Of a DNA stretch of 64,000 bases, positions 53,888 through 64,000 are shown piece after piece (position 1 is the stretch's first letter; every line of letters begins with the position of its first letter). Made by a program: the position numbers and the translations under genes. Source of the stretch: Octopus sinensis (taxonomy: Eukaryota); contig NC_042997.1 in NCBI RefSeq assembly GCF_006345805.1, forward strand, positions 173,972,001-174,036,000, written 5' to 3'. The notes beneath the pieces were generated by a model, which worked only from the letters and a program-made list of their open reading frames with translations, searched no databases and had not been told where the DNA came from.

Positions 53888-54450
53888 CAAAAAAAAACTC
53901 CGTTTCATATATATAGATAAAAACCACAAGAACCATTTTAACTAACGTAAAACTATAACAATATACATTTATATTTAATCAATATAAGAAACTAATTTAT
54001 ATTTCAGAGGATGGTGATGAGAAAGAAATGTGACGTTAATTCATTTATTTTTTTGCCAGGGGAATTAGTTGTATGAGTGACAATAAAATAGATTCAGGCA
54101 GAGGTTGAAACCGCTTTGTATTTTCTATTTGACGGCCAGTTACTTATCTCGTGGTGTCTATAGCACTCGCTTTACTCTATGATTATATGTTAAAGTTTCC
54201 TCCTCCTATATTTCACCTTACGAATCGTACTGTATGTTAGGAGTGTGTGTGTGCGCTCGAGCTAGATAACAATTTATTCCGTCTTCTAACATATAAGCTT
54301 ATCTTTCTTTAAAGAATACAAAAAAAAAAGCAAAGCAATACACGCAAATACACACACACATATACATACATACAAATATATATATATATATATATATATT
54401 AATATACCGCACATAAATGTGTGCTCATGAGTGTTTCTGTATACGTATAT

Positions 54451-54511
<61 letters not shown>

Positions 54512-55134
54512 GTGTGTGTGTGTGTGTATGTCTATGTGTGTATGTATGTATACTTACACACAAGTATACACATACAGACGAGCGAAGAAGGGGAAAGCTA
54601 TACAGTACGCAGAGAAAACCTAAAATGTTGTCTGCTCAAGATGTAATTGTAATGGTCGGAATATAAATACTAGACATATATTACCATCGTTCTGCATTGT
54701 TATGCAAGCAAAGGATATACGGACCATTACACTTGCAATAATTACTCCTCCGGAGATTCTGGGAATAGCAATGAAGACTTCAGATATTTTCTTACATGCA
54801 GACTATTTGTTGTCAGCCAGCGAAACGATTTAAAATTTCCCCCCCCCCCTTATATCCTTCTTGATGCATAACGAATTGGATCGACGTATTTCTTACGCAT
54901 GCTTCCTGAGAACTGACCAGTGGGATATCGTATTTATTGTATTTAGAAATAAACTGAGCTGTTAGCTATAATTAATGGTTTCTGTTCGTTGTTGCCCTGC
55001 ATGAACCTATTCAGATTAGTATAAATACGGCTGACATGACCGAACCCGATGTATGAAAACCAATAAATGAAGTGATTTCGTACGTAAGAAGATTTTTTTA
55101 TGTATATGTTTGTAAGCGCGTGTATGTATCTATG

Positions 55135-55184
<50 letters not shown>

Positions 55185-55375
55185 ATATACATACTACATA
55201 CATACATACATACATGCATACATACATACATACATACATCATACATACATACATACATGCATACATACATGTACACATATATATGCATATAAATGTGTAT
55301 ATAAGCATGTATATATATGTCTATAAATATACATATATATACATATTTTTATATGTATGTATAAGCATGCATATA

Positions 55376-55420
<45 letters not shown>

Positions 55421-56219
55421 TGTATATGTTTACATATATATATACACATATATATACATATCTAGATATGTGTATATATATATATGTGTATGTATATATA
55501 TATATATGTATGTATATATATATATGTATGTATATATATGTATATATATGAATGTATATATATATGTATATGTGTGTATGTGTGTGTATTACAATAAGTA
55601 AACGTTTCATAAATGTTGCTTTTCATTCTCTCATAATTGCTTTATACAGGTCAAGGTTTATGTAGTATGCGAGTATATTTGGCTGTCTCGACATAAATAG
55701 ATGCTACGGTTGAATAGATTAAATACCGGCACGTGAGTTCATTTTATTATCTCTGCTTGATATGGGAATTCATAAGTTCGTATTCCCATGAAGAAGGCAT
55801 CTCTTTTATGTTTCCAGCAAAGAAGAAAAACCCCAAAAAAAAGAAAAGAAAAGGAATATCGAAAGAAAGGAAGAGAGAAAGCAACAGCCGTCCATTTCTT
55901 ATTGTCCCAAATTATATTTTAAAAGCAAAATATGAAATAATTCATCTGGAAAGTTAATTTGCTATACGTTAGCGACTAATCCAGATGGAAGTTCAGCTGT
56001 GATAGACTGATTTTAACAAGTGTAGTTTTTATCTAACACTAATACATTATAATTATTAGTGCTTAATCGAAATAAAACGGTAACTGTTGCACTATTCTAA
56101 AAAAGAGAAAAGAAAAGTATTACAGTAGTTGAGAATGAGATAAAGAATAGGAGAGAAATTATCCCATTGTTTGCTTATACTGAATACGTATATGTATGCA
56201 TACACACTGCCACACGCAT

Positions 56220-56255
<36 letters not shown>

Positions 56256-57197
56256 CACACAACACACACATAAATATATGTATATGTGTATATATATATA
56301 TATGTAACTGTATAATAAAATACATTGATAATATATTTTCTCCGATTTGAAGCGCAATTTTTAAATATAAACAAATGACCGGAAAGTTATGAGTTAATCA
56401 TATATATATATGTGTGCGTGCGTATGTATGTATACACACACACACACACACACACACCACACACACATATCACCTATTAATATATCGAGTCGACCACGAA
56501 ACTAAATAACCATCGAGTTACACTATACTCTCTTCCAGAAGCTGACATTATTTAACGTGATTATCCATATTAAGCTATACCTTGTGAAAAGAGCTGGTGG
56601 TCACAGATCTGTTCGACTAGGGCTAAACAATAGCAAGAACACCTAGTTATGTGTGTAGTTTCTAAGCTCTCTTAACGATTTCCAGGCTGTTAGTAAAATT
56701 TTGCTGATACACTCTTTCTTTCAATTAACGCTTTGCGTGATAATGATCCGCGATTTTCAGGTCAACGTATTTTGAAAGCTTTCATAGTATTTCATTTTTA
56801 CAAATTATCTGCCTCATTAGATGCCCTAAATTCTGCTCGCTTCACTATTTCTAATTAATCTCAGCGAGCAGAGTGAATGTGCTACGTATGTCAACGACCG
56901 CAAATGTTTGTTCGACACATTTTCTATGTTGTTGTATTGGAGCTGCATTTGCCTTGATCAAACACATATGATAAAAGGCTTTCCAACCATGGCCGTCTGT
57001 ATCAAACGCTACATTATGAAATGTGTTCCTTTTAAAGACGATAGGTGCAATTGGAGGGAAACTTAGCAGCTATTTCTAGGAGATCGTGTTACCCAGTAGA
57101 GCTTCTTCGTTGTAACCAATTAAGCTTTTCTTTGTCAGTAAAACTGTTTTCAGCCCAGAGAGGAATACTAATAATATAGCTATATAATCCAGTTCAG

Positions 57198-57432
57198 TGA
57201 AGGCGGCGAGCTGGCAGAAACGTTAGCACGCCGGGCGAAATGCTTTGCGTTATTTCGTCCGCCGTTGCGTTCAGAGTTCAAATTCCGCCGAGGTCGACTT
57301 TGCCTTTCATCCTTTCGGGGTCGATAAATTAAGTACCACTTACGCACTGGGGTCGATGTAATCGACTTAATCCGTTTGTCTGTCCTTGTTTGTCCCCTCT
57401 GTGTTTAGCCCCTTGTGGGTAGTAAAGAAATA
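57198..57432 (+). mobile_element. SINE family A, full length, 17-bp TSD
   Basis: TSD TATATAATCCAGTTCAG at 57181-57197 and 57433-57449. Confidence 0.95.
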
Positions 57433-58714
57433 TATATAATCCAGTTCAGATTATCCTTGCCAATTTTAAGCATGTGTACGAAGGCAGAATGTTGGTTTAC
57501 AACCATGAAGATCCAGTTTCAATTTTACTGTATGTCACCTGGTTCAGTAGTCTCATAGCAGTCCAAGCTATGCGAGAGAAATCAAACGGAGGTGTACTGT
57601 GTAAAAAGCCCATCGGATGTATTCTGTACTTATGATTCGAGAGCCCAAATGATTTTGCTCGAATAATTCGTTTATGTCAAAAATATCTTCGGAATACTCA
57701 GCCACTCACTCTCTAAGCTAACGAATCTATAATTCCGTTGACTGAACAACTATTATAACCATTAGACGAAATATTTTAAAAGCTGTTGATTGTATATATT
57801 GTGAATATCAGTAAATTTTGGTTGAACCATCAGGAATTCTCTTCTAGATCGTACGTTCCTCACTTGTGCCTAACCTATGTTCAGTCATGTTAAGCAATTT
57901 GGGTAGAACTACAGTAACTATGGACACCAATCTTCTTCGTTGGACTGTTTAAAACAAAGAAACGGGGATCAATAACTGATCTATTAATGTTAGACGTGTG
58001 CTGCTCAGTTTTTGATGAATTCAATCAAAATTGTTGTTATAGTTGTTACTGATGTATAACCCCAGGTCATTCTTGATTGAGCAAGCATATGATGAAAGGC
58101 TTTTAAATCTCTAACTATCCTGTCCGTCTTTTTAGAGGTATTATACGTGTTTTAACAGTCGTTATTCTGAGATTAGGAATATTTCACCATCATACTATTA
58201 CCCATTCTCTCACTAACACAATATTTTCGTGTATCAGAAGCTTTTCTGTTATGTTCCAGATAACTGAAGTTTCTTCAATCAGAGTATAGACTATAAATAA
58301 TGGATGGAATCTGTCACAGATAAAAACAAAATTATATACATAAACAAAGAAGCGAAGCAAAACACTCGAAAGCCGTTTCTTTTTGCTTTCTTTTAGGAAA
58401 TGAAGCTCACTTTACACAGACAAAGTCATAATTTTCCTTTATATCATTGTTCATTGTTTGTTTTCGACATTTACGAAAAACTGATACCAATTCGGAAGTT
58501 TACTCGAATCGAATAGGAGAATAGGACTGACTATTTAAGCGTGTTTGCCAGGACCGTTTTAAATGCGTTAAGTGTGTTAAGGGAGTTGCTACTATAAATC
58601 ATTCCCAAATTGCTTAGGGGGTTTCGGGTTTAGACGTCGAACTTCAAACAGCTCCGTATCTCGATCAAACCACGATATATTCAAGCTATGTTATAGTGTA
58701 CAGTATACATATAC

Positions 58715-58751
<37 letters not shown>

Positions 58752-58752
58752 G

Positions 58753-58793
<41 letters not shown>

Positions 58794-59025
58794 TATATGC
58801 TATATATATATATATATATATATATCATATATATATATACTATACATATATATATATACATATACATACACATACACGCCCACCTACACACAGAGACACA
58901 TACACATACACAGATATATATTGTATATAGTATGTATTCGTATGTGTATATATTTATGTATACATAAGTTGAAGCGCGCGCGCACAAACACACACACACA
59001 CTCACGGAGACAACATACACATACA

Positions 59026-59059
<34 letters not shown>

Positions 59060-59525
59060 GGACAAAGTTTGTGAAGTTGGAAAAGATAAGGAAAAGATGT
59101 TGGCAGAGGTGGTGTTTGCGAAAGAGAAAAAGAGATAACGAAAATCAGAGTTAGTGTGTGTATGTAACAGACAGGGAAAACAAAATAGATTGACCAGGAG
59201 AGAGAGAGAGAGAGACAATGAGAAAGCAAGAGAAAAAGAGAGAGAGAGGAGGGGAGAGAGAAAATTAGAGAGGGAGGAATGGGACTAAGGAATGTGAAGA
59301 CTTTTAGCTTAATGAGACTCTTTGGTAAACGGATACAAATGCGGCTAATGTGCTATCATGTACGGTTTAGATTTGTCTTTCTTTTTGTTTCACTTAAAAT
59401 CTCTATTTCTCATGGAGGAAAATGTATATATGCTTGTATGTATGTACATATATGTATGTATGTATGTATGTGTTTATGTATGTATGTATGTATTAGTTAT
59501 GTATGTATGTATATTGTATATATAT

Positions 59526-59618
<93 letters not shown>

Positions 59619-59679
59619 CATAGGATAGCTCGGTAGCCACTACACACATTCTTTTCTCTCCTTGTTTCTTTCTGTGTTC

Positions 59680-59715
59680 CTTTCTGTGGAAGAGCGTAGG
59701 CTCGAAACGTAAAAG
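59680..59715 (+). ncRNA. Minimal hammerhead variant (U6) in a Penelope-like terminal fragment (about 59630-59800)
   Basis: CUUU-CUGUGGA-A-GAGC-GUAG-GCUC-GAAAC-GUA-AAAG. Confidence 0.65.
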
Positions 59716-59806
59716 ACTTTTTCAATTCCTGAGCGTTATACTAATGCATCTGTTTGTTTTCCACATCACCCGTCTTCGTCCTTTGTTTTTTCCCTGAATT
59801 CTCCCT

Positions 59807-59844
<38 letters not shown>

Positions 59845-59879
59845 CTTACTTTGGATTTACTGGTGTAAAATGGCGTAAA

Positions 59880-60880
59880 TATATGAAAAGTTATATAAGG
59901 ATATTAAGTATATGATTTAAGTTATAGAACGAAGTTCAACAAAATTCAATCATATTTTTCATAACTGGAGGAGATTAGATGGGATAAAATATCTGGGATA
60001 AAATATATGGGATAAAATATCTATTCAATTTGCTTGACGATCATTTCGTACAGAAAGACAATAAATTCAGTGTAAAAATCTGCGTTGTCAAAGAGTGCTC
60101 ATTAGTGGCACAATAAGAAAAAATAAGAACTTAATAAAGAAACAGGTGGATTTAAGAATTACATGGGTATTGTGTTCTTACTAATATTTAATGTATAATT
60201 TTTCTAGGAGTCATGTCTATTTAAAACACGCCTAACGAGCAAAAGTTAGGTGATGATATATATAACATAGAAATACAGGTAACTTTCTCTCTATAGATTA
60301 GTGTAAATGAGCTAGTTTAAAAATCTATATAGGAAGAAGCAAGTGGGGTTGATAAACCAAATAAGGAAGTACGGAATATTTAAATACAGGAGACTGAAAT
60401 TTATATTTGACCGTTAATAACCATTTCGGCTTCTTTTAAATTAGAAAAAAATGTTTAAGAGCCCTCATTAATGATTAGTGGTATATAAACTTTACAACAG
60501 AATGTTAATGTAAATAGTATATTAGAAATATAGGAGATAATCTACCGAAAATAGTTAAAGTAGTAAAATTTAGATACTAATACAACAATATTAGAAAAGT
60601 ATGAAAATTATGAAGATAATAAATAAATATATGAAAAAGGAGGATATTTTACTTACAATGTTCGCTGCTAAAACTATGAAACATCTATGGAATGGTATAT
60701 AGAAGAAATATATCGAAAAGATTAGAAAATAATTTTAGAGAGACTAAATATAATCGAAAGTTGACTAGTGTAGAGAAGACAATAGATAAGGGGGAAATGA
60801 TCTAGCTTATATCTGCTAGGAGCCTGGAAAAATTAGAAATATTGGCATTATATGTATATGGGTATGGTTACTCAGAAAAA
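59880..60880 (+). mobile_element. Purine-skewed AT-rich block, probably a heavily decayed LINE
   Basis: Only faint remnants (ITGGD, LLDDHFVQ); many stops. Confidence 0.25.
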
Positions 60881-61217
60881 TATTTTCTTGTGTTATATAT
60901 AATTATACATATAAAGGTTTGTACATGTAGATACGGGTACAACTAAATATGCATATATAAAAAAAAAACAATTTGTGTACAAGTAAAACAACAATTATAT
61001 GTATACACATACAATGTATAATCTGAACATTGTGGACAATGAAGTAATCAGACATCGAAATATACGATAAGGCACATATGCACCCTATAGACGATAGTGA
61101 CAAAGAGATACTCTTATACATGGAACACCTGTACCCATGTACATATATGTACATAATTATAATTTTCATACGTAGATACATACAAAAATATGTACAGACA
61201 GACACACACACACACAT

Positions 61218-61248
<31 letters not shown>

Positions 61249-61347
61249 ATATATATATATAGATATATATATATATATATATTATATATAATATTCCCGA
61301 GGCATCGATGCGGCTGCCTCGTGGAATATTATTCCTCCTCCTGGCTT

Positions 61348-61454
61348 CCTTGCCGATGAGACGAGCCAGTGGTAGATTAACTTGATTAAATTTAATTTAA
61401 TTTAATTAGGGTGGTTTGCCAAAAAGTACGTCGAAACAATGCATTGTCCAAGGA
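61348..61454 (+). ncRNA. Type I hammerhead (U4C), homolog of the 51307 family
   Basis: Stem I UCCUUG/CAAGGA; CCGAUGA; stem II GACG/CGUC; GAAA; perfect palindromic stem III ACAAUGCAUUGU; GUC ending at 61448. Confidence 0.8.
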
Positions 61455-61581
61455 TGATTAGGGTAAATGTTTTTAATTTTCCTTTGATTTCTGAATTACT
61501 ACTATTTAGCGGTTTGCGTTTGGCTGCTCTTTCTAGTGAGTCGAATGACCTATCAGGGCCATTCCTTAATATTGTTGAAAT

Positions 61582-61618
<37 letters not shown>

Positions 61619-61621
61619 GAA

Positions 61622-62036
61622 GGTTGCAAAATAGCACCTACAATTGTTAGAAATGAGAGCCAAAATTTAACTCGAACGGCCACACAAAATCTCTGACCTC
61701 ATGAAATTGCGAACAGCAGGCCACATCTTTCTTTGGCGAGACACACTCACAGAATGAAGTAGATTGATAAGACCTTAACACTTGATTTCTGAATTTGATC
61801 AACGTGATCTCATTTCTCATCAGTGGTTTCTACAATTACTCTATTGATCAAATTTCGAAATCCCATGCTAAGTCTTTATGAAACTATTTCATTCTGTGAG
61901 TGTATCTCGCCAAAGAAAGATGTTGTGGCCTGCTGCTCGCAGTTAGGAATATTTCATGAGGGCAGAGCTTTTGTGTGGATGTTCGTGTTAAATTTTGGCT
62001 CTCATTTCTAGCAATTGTAGGTGCTATTTTGCACCC
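61622..62036. repeat. Diverged inverted repeat, arms about 180 bp, about 40-nt spacer
   Basis: GCAAAATAGCACCTACAATTG.TAGAAATGAGAGCCAAAATTTAAC vs its reverse complement. Confidence 0.92.
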
Positions 62037-62289
62037 CCAATTATTAATTTCACCTTTTTGGCTTTAATTGCTACAGCCGCCTATATTATAATGTATTCAA
62101 TATATCTTAATATATTATTATAATATCTTATTGTATGTTATATATATATATATATATATAATATATAATATATATATATTGTGTATCAATTCTTTGATGC
62201 TTTTATTCGTTTTAGCTTTTAGGCTGCGGCCATGCTGCAGCACCACCTTGGACAGTATTTAGTAGAACAAATTGAGCCCTTAAGTTACG

Positions 62290-62810
62290 GTGACAATGTG
62301 AAGAACATCGCAGATGTGCGTGCAACTGTGAGGGGAAATCGTCGAATCACCATTTGTGAATCATCAGAAAATGTGCAGATTAGTTACGGTTCAGTTCAGT
62401 CCATTATCACTGAAGATTTGGGTATGAGACGCGTGTCTGCCAAGTTTGTGCCAAAACCGCTTTAAGTTGTCCAAAAAGACACTCGGGTTTCAGTTATACA
62501 AGATCTACTTGATTGTGTTGAGAGCGATGAAATCTTTTTTGAAAACTTTGCGTAGGCCCCTGAGCAGGTATCGCCAAGCTTTTGGCAAAATTTGATGCAG
62601 ATTCTCTGCTCAACTTTCTATGTCATGGTCAATTCGATGATCGCACGCTACATTCCTTCCTTCCAAGCACTGCTGTAAGCAGCTAAAGTAAGCTAGAATG
62701 TTAAAACTTAGTGCACATGCACGAAAGTGCTCAAGGTCAATCTGTGCCAAGCGGCTTTACTCTCCATGCTTTAACTTCGTTACAATGACAACTGTCCGGA
62801 TACTTATTGA
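62290..62810. pseudogene. Mariner transposase fragment (+, 62290-62550) with probable inverted 5' fragment
   Basis: NRRITI...ISYGSVQSIITEDLGMRRVSAKFVPKPL. Confidence 0.85.
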
Positions 62811-63232
62811 TCAGACTACATATATGTATGTATATATATATATATATGAATTTTTGCTTCAAGATTCCTGATGTGAAACGTGTGTTAAAACAGATATCCT
62901 TATATTTCAAGACGGTCACTTTCTTTTCTGCCAAATAACCACGCGCACTATATATTCGTTCTCATTTCATCTTATATTGGTTGTCCGAAGATCTTTCGTC
63001 ACACATCTCTGACCTCTCCAGCGACCCTTTCCGTCCACCCGTGTCCTCCTACTCTGTTTAATCCATTCTCAGAGTGAGGTCACAGATGTATGAAGGAAAG
63101 ATTTCCGGACAATGGACTGGACATAAGATAGAATAAGAACAGTAATGGACCGGTGAAGAAGGAATATATAGTTTTTATTTGGCAAAAAAAAAGAATGACC
63201 TTCCAGAAATATAACAATACGCACGCGCGCAC

Positions 63233-63286
<54 letters not shown>

Positions 63287-63674
63287 AGTCAAAGGGACAT
63301 TAGACAAACAGAAAGTGAAAGCACTGCGATCTGGTAAATTTTTCTACATGACACTAAAATTTAATGCGATCCGCTCTTACAAACAGAATTTATGATTAAT
63401 AAATTCGGTGGTAGCAAAGCCGGACAAATGACAAATTAAGCAAATTAAAAAACTTTTGATGTGCTTAATGATGTAAGTATTCTTAATGAAATGAAATTTG
63501 TCTTTTGGTTGCAGAAATAAAAAAAAAAAAGTAACGACATTTCTAAGCAAATCTTAAATAGAGGAAGAGATGATTTTAAGATTTAAAAGAAATTCTACTG
63601 AAAATTGAATCTTCAGTCGTAGTAAAACAATATTGTCTTCTTTAACAACTACAGACATGTTTGGATTTTGTTAG

Positions 63675-63780
63675 ACATCAACAGAACAGTTTTCTGAAGC
63701 TTGCTTTGATCAGTGGGCAGAATTTTACAAGAAAAACAATTGCAGAGTTTTGCCCCGTTTAATTTGTCTGATTACAATAA
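63675..63780 (+). CDS. Weak candidate exon (TSTEQFSEACFDQWAEFYKKNNCRVLPRLICLITI), unidentified
   Basis: ATTTTGTTAG acceptor, GTGAGC donor and an open frame. Confidence 0.25.
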
Positions 63781-64000
63781 GTGAGCTAGGGACTAAAAAC
63801 TTGAAATTTTTGTTACACCCCTTTGAAAAATTATTTCAAAGGCTCTGAGGTCAGTTTAGCTTCTCATATTTTCAAACACGATAGAAATAAATATCTGTCA
63901 ACTGCCGAGGACTACCTGACAAGTTTGCAATCCAACCCACAATATGTGACTGTGTCACTGTCACTAATCAATAAGGAGCGATAGAACATGAAGTCTTATT

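Noticed and set aside
59880-60880. NUMT
   Set aside because: No mitochondrial protein or rRNA motif recognised in either code; a decayed LINE is more likely.

Overview
AT-rich eukaryotic DNA, most likely an octopus or other coleoid cephalopod. This is inferred from the repeat landscape: very dense AT/AC/ATAC/ATAG microsatellites, several tRNA-derived SINE families, and decayed mariner, hAT, RTE, CRE-like and Helentron/DINE-like fragments. No recognisable intact gene is present, and nearly all long ORFs in the track come from microsatellites or repeats. There are a few unidentified candidate exons (three minus, one plus). The main signal is about 14 long inverted repeats (arms about 45-355 bp), mostly next to (TA)n tracts and from unrelated sequence families. 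Many carry type I hammerhead ribozyme (HHR) motifs folded by hand from the sequence. Complete canonical copies lie at 19288-19373, 19888-19965/19552-19629 and 51307-51410/50918-51023, with a near-canonical one at 61348-61454. Other copies are variants in which core positions 3 and 8 covary (C-G, U-A, G-C). This fits Penelope-like retroelement termini that have been fold-back duplicated with the ribozymes reading outward. All structures are hand-derived and untested.
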